A stretch of DNA of 20,000 bases from Lama guanicoe (GCA_013239625.1 MU054220.1:5072698-5092697), one strand, 5' to 3'. Shown: positions 1-11,894, counted from the stretch's first letter. Made by a program: numbers and translations. Notes: generated by a model from the sequence alone, not told the origin.

Positions 1-911
1 TGAAATCATGGGCTGCTCTGAAAGCCTGTTCTAGATCTGAAGGCATTAGGTACCTCACTGTGTCATTTTATAAATAAAGTGCTCAAGTGTTCAAAACTTC
101 TTTGGCAAATAGCAGCAGAATTACCACCTCCTCTAGAGGGAGCTGGGTGTAGTAGAGAGGAGGGGTATTTGGATGACACTAAATTAGAACTGATCTATTT
201 AACAGAGAAATTAGCATTGAAGAACCAATTTGACGTTTCTTTGGAATTAGTAGGATATTTGTGTCAGATGCATGATTTGATCCAAACTGGCTTTAGGGGG
301 AAGTTTTCATTCCCTCTTTTTTTTGTATTAATAGCATGCATCTACAACAGATAAATATTTGTATACTGTTTGATTTGCTTCTGTATTTTTTTCCCTAAAA
401 GACAGCTAATTTGAGTGTGGCTACCCTGAATATTATTTTCTGCTAATAACGGTACTCAATTGTTACAGTGTTGGTCATTCATATAGGGTACTGTGTCACA
501 CCAGACTTATAACTTTATAAGCCCAATTTGGAAGTAGAGTTTTGAAATTTTAGGGAAAAAGATAGGACTTAGGGTATCTGTTTTTTTCTAAGAAATAATA
601 ATTAGCATAAAAGGAACTTTATGATAAATCACCTCTTTTGTCTAGTCCTTGAACTGCATGCAGTAGTCTCTCCTCAAAGAGGCCTTCATTCTAGTGAGTT
701 TTACAGAAAGAATCCCAAGTTCCTCATCTGTATTAAAGAGTTTATTTGTCTGTACCTTTTGGTCAATATCAGATAATTTCACATTATAATCAGTCTTTGA
801 GGCTGTTTTCTCAGCTAAATTATTTTCTGTTTAAATATTATACTAGCTCCACTTAACACACCAACAAACATTATCAGAGTCATAAAAATGATAATTATGA
901 AAGGCCTTTTA

Positions 912-990
912 GCTCCTCCCCTTCCTTCTTTCCTTCCTTCCTTCCTTCTCTTCTCCTCCTTCTCCTCCTCCCCCTCCTCCTCCTTCTTTT
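912..990. repeat. Pyrimidine-rich simple repeat (CCTT)n/(CCT)n
   Basis: Direct: cttccttctttccttccttccttccttctcttctcctccttctcctcctccccctcctcctcc. Confidence 0.9.
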
Positions 991-1049
991 AATAAAGATG
1001 GCTTTTATCATCCAGTTATACATCTATGATTAGATGAAAGCGTCAAGAT

Positions 1050-1195
1050 AATACACACACACACACATATATTATTTTCAGATTCTTTTCCACCATAGAT
1101 TATTACAAGATATTGAATTTAGTTTCCTGTGGTATGCAGTAGGTCCTTGTTGTTTATCTGTTTTATATATAGTAACGTGTCTCTTAGTCCAAACT
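1050..1195 (-). mobile_element. Short L1 3' UTR fragment (cetartiodactyl-type) preceded by (AC)n
   Basis: ttttcagattcttttccaccatagattattacaagatattgaatttagtttcctgtggtatgcagtaggtccttgttgtttatctgttttatatatagta matches the reverse complement of artiodactyl L1 3' ends as I recall them. Confidence 0.75.
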
Positions 1196-1512
1196 GTTGA
1201 ATACAGTTTCTCCTAATATTCATAAATCAGCCTGGGGTTTAATTCTGGGAATGAGAGTGTATATCAGCTCATGATATCTGTCACCCTGTGGTTAGCTTCC
1301 ACCATGTTTTGTTTGGCTGATCTGATTGCTTAAGTAGATATTCTATTCTTTCTACAATGCTTCAGTAGCATAGAGTACTTCTCTTTTCCTACTAAAATCT
1401 AAATATACTATTAGGCTCATTTGGGGAGAAATGTGAAGCTTTAATTCTGACATTTGTTCATAAGCTTATTAGGAGTGTGAAATTGTGATATACTTGCCAA
1501 ATAAAGTTCAAA

Positions 1513-1655
1513 GAATAGTATAATAGTGCAACAAAACATATAACATAATAGTGAGTAATTATATAGTATAATAGTTTATAGTATAATGATATATATAAAA
1601 TAGTATCATATAATAATAGGGTAATAGTACAACTATAGTATACTAATGGTACAAT
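1513..1655. repeat. Degenerate AT-rich tandem repeat, TATAATAG-like units
   Basis: Direct: repeated tagtataatag/atagta/taatag motifs. Confidence 0.7.
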
Positions 1656-2855
1656 TCTCAAAGAGAAGTATAAGCACAGGATAGGATGACCCAATGAAGG
1701 TTATAGGTAGGGTTGATCACAGTGGAATTGGGGATCCATCAGCATGTGAACACAGAACAACTTTTTTTAAGATTGCTCTGGATATATTCTTATAAATTTG
1801 TCACTTGGATTCACAGTAGGTTGATTGTATTTACAAATCGCTTGGTGAATTCTTATAATGCAATATTCTTTCCAGAAATTTTCAGTTTTGTCTTAAATGT
1901 GTATTCCTGGATAAACCCCATCACTGCCTGTCTTCACAGTATATCCTTATTTAACTTCATTTTTGTTCCCAACACACCTTCAAGCCTAATGATCACCCTA
2001 GAGCTGTTTCTACAGTTTATGAAGGATGTGGAGCCAGAATCAGCTTTTTATCAGAGTCTCCACTTCACTAGGTTTAAAGTAATCCTTAAGTGATGTTGGT
2101 AAAATTGAAACAATTTTTGTTTGGATAACTAATACAGATAACTCTGGTGTCATATCCTTCCTGGTCTTACGTGCTGCTTCACCTCTACCAGAAGAGGAAG
2201 TGTTCAGACCCCACCTATGCTCCTCAAAATGCTTCTTAGAAAGATGGTTGACTCCTGTGCCGGTAATGCCACTATGCAACTTAAACAAACTAATTTGGTT
2301 TCCATGGAGGAAGTAATTTGCACTGTCAAGAAAGAGGGAAAATGGTTTTCCTGCAGGAAGGAGCTTGGATGGTATAAGGAAGATAAATAGCCCTGAATGA
2401 AAGGGTGAATAAAACCCTAGACAATTTGAAATTCCTTTGGAGGAATCTGGGAGTTAAGCATTTTCTTTCTTCTCCCTTTATCTCTTGTCTGTCTCATATT
2501 TCAGTTTTATTGCCCCTCTTTCTCTGCCCATGGTGCTGAATTATGATGAGCCCCATACTTAGTTTAACCTTAGCTATTTCCTGACCCACGCTTTCTTTTA
2601 AGGTAGATAATGACGCAGTTTGCTTCTTTCTCTGCAGTCATGACCATTATTAAATCTTTTACAATAGTCATGTCTAATTTCTTATTATGCTTTCCCCTCA
2701 CCAGTGCGTTGGGCAATATGTCTGGCAGGAGAAGCACAGGCACCATCTCTGGCTAAAATAACATCAAAAGCCAGAGCTAAGACCCAGTAAGTGTATTTGT
2801 TTAATCAGAAACGTATATTGGGATGGTTCAGAATGCTCATGGATGTACTACATAA

Positions 2856-3110
2856 CTTCACTTATATGAAATATTTCAAACGTAAAACTTATAAAATCAG
2901 TGACTGAATGGTGATTACCAGGAGATGAGGGAGAGGGAAATGGGGAGTTATTAATCAACAGGCATAAACTTTCAGTTAAGTAAGATGAATAAGTTCTAGA
3001 GCTCTGTTGTACAACATTGCATATTGGTATATAGTCAAAAATAATGTATTACATGCTTAAAATTTGTTAAGAGGATAGATCTCATATTGAATGTTCTTAC
3101 CACAAAAAAA
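2856..3110 (+). mobile_element. L1 3' end fragment (L1MA/L1MB type) ending in a short A-tail
   Basis: gaatggtgattaccagg...gggaaatggggagttatt...tttcagtt...aagatgaataagttctagag...aatttgttaagaggatagatctcat...ttcttaccacaaaaaaa is a typical old L1 3' UTR. Confidence 0.85.
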
Positions 3111-3639
3111 GAGTAAAAGTTCCCTTAACCCCTGCTTGTTAAATATAGTAACAATGGACCATTTAAGGGAAGGGGGAGATATCCACTAAATGCATGTGTT
3201 TTAAAAAAAGACTCCACCAGAAAAATCAATGTTAATATCCTCCATTACAGAGGGAAAATAATTTCTATGCAACAGTTTCAAAAAGTCTGATCATTAACTT
3301 CAATGTATTATTATTTTTTGATAACAAATGCACAGGGATATTCTTTAAATAAAAGAGTTAGCTCATGATTATTATCACACTACTCTCTTGTAGGATTTTG
3401 GCATTTCTAGATTTTTGATGCCACTCATATTTTAATACCATATGACCTTTTATATTGAACTGTATGATTTTTCCAGCTGTGTTTTCATATCTCTCTTCTC
3501 TGTCCTTGCAGCAACCTGCCAGCTAGCTAAAACAGAAATAATTATCTGCACCTCTATTATAATAATTATTTAACTATACAGCACTTTTCTAATGATTTGT
3601 CTGCCTCCTCTGCCAGATGGAAAACTCCCATGAGTGCAG

Positions 3640-4125
3640 TGCATCAGTCAGGAATACAATTAGCTCTGAGTAACAAATACCCCAAGTAATAGTAGCTTAA
3701 ATCATGATATATGTTATTTATTTAGTAAAAAGTTCTGAGGTAATATTTAGTGGCTTGATGATACTATTAAAAATAAAGGCCCAAGATTTTTCTATTATCC
3801 TGAGTGGAATAGATTCATCTCCTTTGTGTTGTAACCTCATGGCCACAGTATGGCTGCCACAGTTCCAGTCACTTTGTTGCTAACATTCCAAGCAGGAAGA
3901 AGGGGAGTATGTGGGGAAAAAGTTTCCTTGTGAGTGAAGAAAATTGATTATGGAAGCTCATTTGATATTCTCTTATGCCTTATTTACCAGGACTGGGCCA
4001 CATAGCCACTCTTAGTTTCAAAGGAGGTTAGAAAAGAGAATATTTGCAAAGAGGATAAGAATTGTCATGATTCATTCAGAAAAAAACATGTTTATCTTTT
4101 GGAGCTGGGCAGATTGATACCTGAA
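3640..4125 (-). mobile_element. Old MaLR LTR, MLT1J/K/L-like, highly diverged
   Basis: Hallmark blocks atggctgccacagttccag, aagcaggaagaagggg and ccaggactgggccacatagccactcttagtttcaaaggaggttagaaa; ends approximate. Confidence 0.65.
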
Positions 4126-4349
4126 CAAAATACGTTTTTGTTTTTTTTTTCTGTTTCCCTCCCTCCTTTCTTTCCTTCCTTCTTTTTTTATTTTTTAAAT
4201 CTGGGAAGACTGTGAAATAGAAGAGCCAGTGGCAATAGGAATACTGTCCTCCACAGGCAACGACTGTCCCTGATTCATTTTTAAGAAATGCCTGAGGCTG
4301 GCCCCCCCACCCCGGGCCAAAATCCATACTATTAGAATAAATGAAACTT

Positions 4350-4480
4350 TCTTTGGCAGGTAAACTGAGGCCCAGAGAGTAGAAAGTATGTAATTTTTCC
4401 TAAGACACAGCTCATTAGGAGAATAAGTGAAACTTTAACTCACCTGTGATGACTTCCGGGCTGGGGCTCTTTCTATTAGG
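4350..4480 (-). mobile_element. MIR SINE fragment
   Basis: taaactgaggcccagagag...taagacacagct...gggctctttctatta resembles the reverse complement of the MIR core. Confidence 0.65.
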
Positions 4481-4854
4481 CAAAGCCACATCCTGGTTTT
4501 TGTCGTATTACTTATAGAAAAGTTAATGCAACATGTTATCTTTCTATTTGTTGATAGAATGGCTTAATGTACACAAGGTAAGTGTTCCTCCTGGAATTTA
4601 GGTAAGAGATAGCATATTTAAATATTTCCTCTAATAAGAATCAATCAACCATGCCCTTCTTTGGATGATCTACAATTACAGAGTAAGATTACTGGCATGT
4701 AGTAAATTGTAATTCAAAGCCAAACTGAACTGTACATTTTAATCTACTTAGAATTAGTATTAAATATGAAGTAGGAACACTTCAGAACTTAAACAATGAA
4801 TATTGAGACTCATTATATGTCAGACATACAGCTAGTTATTTGAAACATAATTTA

Positions 4855-4997
4855 GATATTACTCTTTTCAATTTGCTGTTGAGGAAACTACGAATTATAG
4901 AAGTTGTGACTTGCTAGAGGTCATAAAGCTGCAAAGTGGCAGAGCTAGGATTCAAACCTGGCAAAGTTAGACTTTAAAACTTGTGCTTTTCACACTG
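4855..4997 (-). mobile_element. MIR SINE fragment
   Basis: gaggaaact...gtgacttgctagaggtcataaagctgcaaagtggcagagctaggattcaaacctggca. Confidence 0.8.
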
Positions 4998-5700
4998 TTT
5001 CAAACCACTGTCCAGTGCTTGGGCACTACAATAATCATATTTTAATGAGCGCCCACTGAGGACCGAAAAGCCCTTGGTAGTTAGATAGGGATATTGTATA
5101 TGCTTGAATAATTTTTTGCTTCTAGGTTGTTTGGGAATTAGCATTTTAATATTTTGCATGTAAAAATGTTTTATATGTTTTATAGACTGAAAAGTTTTAT
5201 GCAACTATCCATTATCATTATCCTTATGTCAGAATTCAGGTTGACTTCCTTGGAATTTCAATGTAGGCTTATAAAAAAACTTTGTATGGCATATTGAATT
5301 TTTTTCGTATTAGCATAAAGAAGTAAAATACACATTAGAAGTTGTTTAAAGATTCCTGCACCTTTTATGCATTACAATGTGTACCGAAGTTAGTTCTAAA
5401 GTATATCTATAGCTCATTTTATTTTATGCTATGGCACCTTGTTTATAGTATAGTATATTTATGGGTTAGAATATCTTTAAATATTCTGGTCTTATGTAGT
5501 TGTTTTTTTTTCTTTCCTGATAAAATTTTGAAGTGACTTTTAATGTCTTAAGAAACACTGTACTTGAGGTGCAAAACTGTTTTATTACTTTGTTACAAGC
5601 TAGCTTTTTAAAAAATAACCCTTGGTATTCTTATTGACTTGGCTTGTGTTAAAGATGGATTTTCCTGATTTTATGATTTTTGGCTTGTTGAGTGTTGGTC

Positions 5701-5850
5701 TGAGGTATGATTGACATACAAAATTTGTACATATTTAATATATATAACTTGAAGAGTTGGAAATGTACATCAGCGAAACCATCATCACAATCTATGCCAT
5801 AAACATGTCCATCACTTCTAAAAGTTTCCTTCTGCCTTCATTATGTATAA
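5701..5850 (-). mobile_element. Old L1 (L1MA-type) extreme 3' end; left part of an element interrupted by a younger L1
   Basis: tgaggtatgattgacatac...gaaaccatcatcacaatctatgccataaacatgtccatcacttctaaaagtttcct; continues collinearly at about 7547. Confidence 0.8.
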
Positions 5851-5875
5851 CAACAACAACAACAACAATAATAAT
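5848..5875. repeat. (CAA)n(TAA)n microsatellite
   Basis: Direct: taacaacaacaacaacaacaataataat. Confidence 0.9.
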
Positions 5876-7546
5876 TTAAAAATTTAATTCAATTTATTTT
5901 TAACATTTTTTTACTTGAGTTCTAGTCATTTTACAATGTTGTGTCAAATTCCAGTGTAGAGCACAATTTTTCAGTTATACATAAACATACATATATTCTA
6001 TGTATGTTTTTTCGCTGTAAGCTATCATAATATAATCTTGTATATATTTCCCTGTGATATATAGTATAATCTTGTTTATCTATTCTACATTTTGAACTCC
6101 TAGTCTGTCCCTTCCCACCCCCCACCCTCTTGGCAACCACAAGTTTGTATCCTATGTCTATGAGTCTGTTTCTGTTTTGTATTTATGTTTTTTTGGTTTT
6201 TTTTTTGGTTCCACATTTGAGCGATCTCACATGGTATTTTTCTTTCTCTTTCTGGCTTACTTCACTTAGCATGACATTCTCCAGAAACATCCATGTTGCT
6301 GCAAATGGTGTTATGTTGTTGATTTTTATGGCCGAATAGTGTTCCATTGTATAAATATACCACATCTTCTTTATCCAGTCATCTGTTGATGGACATTTAG
6401 GCTGTTTCCATGTCTTGGCTATTGTAAATAGTGCTGCTGTGAACATTGGGGTGCAGGTGTATTTTTGAAGTAGAGTTCCTACTGGATATATGCCCAGGAG
6501 CGGAATTCCTGGGTCATATGGTCAGTCTATTCCTAGTCTTTTGAAGAATCTCCATACTGTTTTCCACAGTGGCTACACCAAACTGCGTTCCCCCCAGCAG
6601 TGAAGGAGGGTTCCCTTTTGTCCACAGCCTCTCCAGCATTTGTCGTTTGTGGACTTTTGAATGATGGCCATTCTGACTGGTGTGAGGTGATATCTCATTG
6701 TAGTTTTGATTTGCATTTCTCTGATAATTAGTGATATTGAGCGTTTTTCCATGTGCCTAGTGATCATTTGTATGTCGTCCTGGAGAATTGCTTGTTTAGG
6801 TCCTTTGCCCATTTTTGGATTGGGCTGTTTGTTTTTTTCTTATTAAGTCATATGAGCTGCTTATATATTCTGGAGATCAAGCCTTTGTCAGTTTCATTGT
6901 TTGCAATAAATTTCCTCCTATTCCTTAGGTTGTCTTTTTGTTTTGCTTATGGTTTCCTTTGCTGTGCAGAAGCTTGTAAGTTTCATTAGGTCCCATTTGT
7001 TTATTCTTGCTTTTATTTCTATTGCTTGGGTAGACTGCCCTAGGAGAACATTTTTGAGATATATGTTGAGATAATGTTTTGCCTGTATTTTCTTCTAGGA
7101 GGTTTATTGTATCTTGTCTTATGTTTAAGTCTTTGATCCATTTTGAGTTTATTTTTGTGTATGGTGTAAGGGAGTGTTCTAGCTTTATTGATTTACATGC
7201 TGCTGTCCAGTTTTCCCAACACCATTTGTTGAAGAGACTGTCTTTATTTCATTGTATATTCTTGCCTCCTTTGTTGAAGATGAGTTGACCAAAAGTTTGT
7301 GGGTTCATTTCTGGGCTCTCTGTTCTGTTCCATTGGTCTGTATGTTTGTTTTTGTACCAATACCATGCTGCCTTGATGACTGTAGCTCTATAGCATTGTC
7401 TGAAGTCTGGGAGAGTTGTTCCTCCAGCCTCTTTCTTTCTCTTCAGTAATGCTTTGGCAATTCTAGGTCTTTTATGGTTCCATATAAATTTTATTATGAT
7501 TTGTTCTAGTTCTGTGAAATATGTCCTGGGTAATTTGATAGGGATT
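5876..7546 (-). mobile_element. Young lineage-specific L1, 5'-truncated (3' UTR plus ORF2 C-terminus), probably camelid-type
   Basis: T-rich tail at left, then 3' UTR; translated minus-strand fragments are unmistakable ORF2 C-terminus; L1 similarity stops abruptly at ...aatttgatagggatt (7546). Confidence 0.95.
6183..7546 (-). pseudogene. Disrupted L1 ORF2p C-terminal region (Cys-rich CCHC-like motif and C-terminal tail)
   Basis: ORF track: IIREMQIKTTMRYHLTPVRMAII...[22 protein letters not shown] and [41 protein letters not shown]; premature TAG at 6573-6575, last Cys changed to Arg, frameshifts. Confidence 0.93.
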
Positions 7547-9424
7547 ATTATTACTATGTTTTGAGAAGATCACAAGATCCATCCTCCCAGCAAATTTTTG
7601 AGTATATAATACAGCATTGGTAACTATGGGCACCATGCAGATCCCTAGGACTTATTCATTCTGTATAACTGAAACTCTGTACAGTTGAACTAATACTTCT
7701 CCATTTCTTCCTCCTCAAAGGCCCTGGCAATCATAATTCTACTCTAGGCTTATAAGAGTTTGACTGTTTTAGATTTCTCACATATATAGTATGAGCAGTA
7801 CGTTCTTTAGTGTCTTCTGTTACTTCACTCAACATAAATATCCTCCAGGTTCATCCACGTTGTTGCAAATGGCAGAATTTCCTTCTTTTTTCTTTGCAGC
7901 TGAATAATATCCTATTCTATGTATATTCCATATTTTCTTTATCCATTCATTCATTGATAGGCATTTGGGTTGTTTCTACCACTTGTCTATTGTGAATAAT
8001 GCTGCAATAAACATGGGTGTGCAGATATCTCTTTGAGATCACATTTTCATTTAGTTGGACATACCTAGACATGGGGTTGCTGGATTGTATGGTAGCTCTA
8101 TTTTTAATTTTTTGAGAAACTGCCATACTGTTTCCATAAAGGCTGTATCAATTTACATCCCCACTAATAGTGCACAAGAGTTCCCTTTTCTCTACACCCT
8201 GGCTGACACTTGTTATCTCTTGTCTTTGATAACAGGTATCTCAACAGATGTGGGGTGATATCTCACTGTGGTTTTGATTTGCATTTCCTTAATGATTAGT
8301 GATACCGAACACTTTTTTATATACGTGTTGGCCATTTGTATGTCTTCTTTGGAGAAAATCTATTCAGTTCCTTTGCCCTTTTTTAAATCAAATTGTTTTC
8401 TTTGCTACTGAGTAGTATCAGTTCCTTATGTATTTTGGATATTAAACCTTTTTAGAAATATCATTTGCAAGTATTTTCTCCCATTTGGTAGGTTTTATTT
8501 TCATTTTATTGGTTGTTTCCTTTGATGTGAAGAAGCTTTTTAGATTGATGTAGTTCATTTGTCTATTTTTGCTTTTGTTGCTTGCACTTTTGGGGTTTTA
8601 ACTAAGAAATCATCCAAGACTAATACCAAAAAGCTTTTCTCCTTTGTTTTCTTCTAGGAGTTTTATGATTTCAGGTCTTTAATCCCTTTTGAGTTGATTT
8701 TTGTGTATGGTAAGATGGGGTGCCTTTTCATTCTTTTGCTAAGATAGGGGTGCATTTTCATTCTTTCACATGTGGCTATTCAGTTTCTGAACACCATTTA
8801 TTGCAGAGATTATCATTTCTCATTGTGAATTCTTGTCTCTTTTGTTGTAAATTAATTGACCATATATGCATACATTTATTTCTGGGGTTTCTATTTTTTT
8901 CCATTGATCTATGTGTCTGTTTTTATGCCAATACAATACTGTTTTGATTATCATAGCTTTGTACTATAGCTTGAAATCAGGAAGTGTGATACATCCAGCT
9001 CTGTTTTTCTTTCTTAAGATTGCTGTGGCTGTTTGAGTTCTTCTGTGGTTCCATACAAATTTTAGAGTTGTTTATTTGATTTCTGTGAAAAATGCCATAG
9101 GAATTTTGATAGGGACTGCATTCAATCTGTGGATTGCTTTGAGTGGTATGGACATTTTAACAATATTAATTATTTTGATCCATTTGCATGGAATATCTTT
9201 TCACTATTTGTGTCCTCTTCTATTTCTTTTATTAATGTCATAGTTTTCAGTGTATAGATCTTTCATCATTTTGGTTGAATTTATTCCCAAGTATTTTATT
9301 CTATTGATGGTATTATAAATGGGATTGTTTTCTTAATTTCTCTATCTGATAATTCATTGTTAATGTATAAAATGCAACTGACTTTTGGTATATTGATTTT
9401 CTATGCTGCAATTTTATTGGATTC
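7547..9424 (-). mobile_element. Old L1 (L1MA8/9-like), remaining 3' UTR and decayed ORF2 3' region, 5'-truncated
   Basis: cagatccctaggacttattcattctgtataactgaaactctgt, then sequence visibly paralogous to the young L1 (e.g. ggtgatatctcactgtggttttgatttgcatttc at about 8255-8290 versus 6687-6720). Confidence 0.92.
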
Positions 9425-9425
9425 A

Positions 9426-9841
9426 AGACTGCCATAACAAAGTACCAACAACCTAGTGGCCTAGAACAATAGAAATGTATTGCCTCACAGTTCCCTAGGC
9501 TAGAGTTTGAAATCAAGGTGTTGGCAGGGCCATGCCCTCTCTGAAGGTACTAGGGAAGGATCTGTTCTAGGCCTTTCTCTCTCCTAGCTTTTCCTAGTTT
9601 GACTTGTGACAGCATAACTCCAGTGTTCATGTGGCTTTCTCCCTGTGTGTCTGTGTTTTCACATGGTGTTCTTTTCAATACAACAGTCATATTGAATTAA
9701 GGCCCAGAGTACTCCAGTTTGACTTCATCTTAACAAATTACATCAGCAATCATCCCATTTCCAAATAAGGTCATATTCTGAAGTATTGAGAGGTAGGGTT
9801 TCAACATATAAATTTTAGGGGAGCTGCAATCTGTTAGAGCA
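9426..9841 (-). mobile_element. MaLR solo LTR, MLT1B-like, missing its terminal ~15-18 bp at the L1 junction
   Basis: ctgccataacaaagtacca...aatcaaggtgttggcagggc...ccaaataaggtcatattctgaagtattgagaggtagggtttcaacatataaatttt. Confidence 0.88.
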
Positions 9842-9884
9842 CCTGCTATAATTTATTATTATTATATCAGTTAATTTATACTTT

Positions 9885-9995
9885 TTTATTCCTTAACCCC
9901 TCTGTAGAATATAAATTCCTTTAAGGAGTCCTTAATTATTTAAAAAAAATTCCAGTGCTTAGTGCATTACCTGATAAAGAAGAACACAAAATACT
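9885..9995 (+). mobile_element. Possible L2 3' end fragment
   Basis: Weak similarity: tagaatataaattcctttaagg...tccagtgcttagtgcattacctga. Confidence 0.4.
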
Positions 9996-10475
9996 AGTGG
10001 TATGGCTATTTTAAGTGGTAGACTTTGATAATCCAAGGTTTGAGATTTTTATTCTCCATTTATTATAATGACATCTAACATTTACCCCAAACTCTAGTTA
10101 TATGGTTGCCTCAAATAAGATATTACTTATTTTTTTGACAAGTAGTTGATATGGCTTTAATTAAATCTAATAGTGCAACATGATAGAGAGAGAAAACCAG
10201 GCATTTCTTCATGTCATTTGGTGATCTGACCAAGGAAATCAGTCTTTAAAAATTCCTTAAGGCATTTTCATTTAATTTAAGGATCAAATTAGAGGTTGAA
10301 GAGGACATATTTAACCTCAATAATTTCCATATTCTGTTACTTGCTTTAATTTGAATTTAGAAGTGATTGAACACAGGAGGTCATTAGATGCATGACTACA
10401 CATTCTGATTCTGTGAATTCAGACTCAAATCTGATGTTTGAAAAATAAGTTCACTGTAAGCTTTGGATATGAGAT

Positions 10476-10994
10476 TGTGGTATGTACTTATCTTTCTTTT
10501 TTGGTTACCTATCTCCTGACCACTTTCTTCTTATGTTTGGGGAATCTCCCCGTCCCCATTTTGAATCTTTTTGAGAGACTGAGCTGCCTCCTACTACAGA
10601 AGCTGAAAATGCCCAGTCCTTACTTTCCTAGCCTTTATTGCAGCCTAGAACTCTTGAGAAACTCTGGTTTCAGTGCTGCAGGAAGATCAGAAGTTGCAGT
10701 GATGATGGTGGCCATCACCGCTTGGTGATACAATGCTGTGTTTGGTAGCACAGCCAGTGATGTCTTCCCCAGACCAGTGGGGTGGCATATTTTGTATGTT
10801 GCTCCTGGCAGCTTAGCTTCAATAGGGCTGCTATGTTGCAATGCACAGCATACATGGCTGCCCTTGAACCTGGTTTTTCAGTCATCCAGGTGGGTCTGGG
10901 ACATACACCATCCTTTAAAATAAATTCCTTTCTCCCATCATTCCCAGTTAATGATAACTTCTTCAGTTTTTAACTAACAACATTGACAAATACA
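10476..10994 (+). mobile_element. ERVL-class solo LTR (LTR33-like) with near-intact 5-bp TSD
   Basis: Begins TG, ends ...gacaaataCA; agaagctgaaaatgcccag...tttcctagcctttattgcagc block; AATAAA in tcctttaaaataaattcctt; flanks GAGAT (10471-10475) and GGGAT (10995-10999). Confidence 0.75.
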
Positions 10995-11189
10995 GGGATG
11001 TTCAGTATCTAGCTGATGCACCTATAATGAAATTTTAGGTGTATGGATCAAAATAAATTGCTCCATTCTATGTTTGTCATGAAGATTAGTCCTGTGCATC
11101 AGCTTCTATGGTGGCTTTGATTTTATACTTTTTTTCTATCATTTTCTAAGTCTTATTTATTTATTCAATAAGATATTTTTGAGTGCCTG

Positions 11190-11673
11190 TGTATTATTAG
11201 TTTCTATGGCTGCCATAGCAAATTACCACAAACTTGGAAGTTTAAAGCAATACAAATTTATTCTCTTAGAAGCCAGAGTCCAGAATCAGTTTCCCTGGGC
11301 TAAAGTTAAGGTGTTGGCAGGGTTGGTTCCTTCTGGAAGTTCTAGAGGAGAAGTTGTTTCCTTGTCTTTCCTAGCTTCTGGAAGTTGCCTACCTTCCTTG
11401 GCCCGTGAATGCTTCCTTGCATCATTCCAAACTCTTGTTTTTTGTCACATTGCCTTCTCATCTTCTGTAGTCAAATCTCCCTTTGCCTTCTTCATATGAG
11501 GACATTTGTGATTATATTTAAGGTGCACCCATATAATACAGGATAACCTTCCCAACACAAGAGCCTTAACTTAATCACATCTTCAAAGTTGCTTTTGCCA
11601 TGTAAAGTAACATTCGCAGGTTCCAGGGATTAGGACCTGGTTGTCTTTGGGGGCTACTATTCAGCCTAATACA
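11190..11673 (-). mobile_element. MaLR solo LTR, MLT1C-like, full length
   Basis: tgtattattagtttctatggctgccatagcaaattaccacaaactt ... ccttaacttaatcacatct...aggttccagggattaggac...attcagcctaataca; TG...CA ends. Confidence 0.92.
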
Positions 11674-11894
11674 CTCTGCTATGCACTATGCATTGAGAAT
11701 ACAAGATGAAAAACATAAACCTTGCTTCTGCCCTTTCGAGGTTAGCGGGATACACACATTTAAATAGAAATGACAGGAATCATTCTGCAAGTTTACTTAT
11801 GATAAATGCTAAAATTAAAAATACAAGATGGAATGGGAGAATATCATGGACTGACCTGGCAGAGATTAGGGACATTATGGAAAATGTTGCTAAA

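Noticed and set aside
73..78. AATAAA as a polyadenylation signal
   Set aside because: Common by chance in AT-rich DNA; no linked terminal exon visible
1458..1694. Tyr/Ile/Leu-rich 78-aa ORF resembling a membrane peptide
   Set aside because: By-product of the AT-rich degenerate repeat
2016..2270. Possible exons at about 2016-2071 and 2138-2262
   Set aside because: Weak donors or poor pyrimidine tracts; no recognisable peptide in any frame
6130..8947. Plus-strand hydrophobic ORFs
   Set aside because: Antisense readings of L1 sequence
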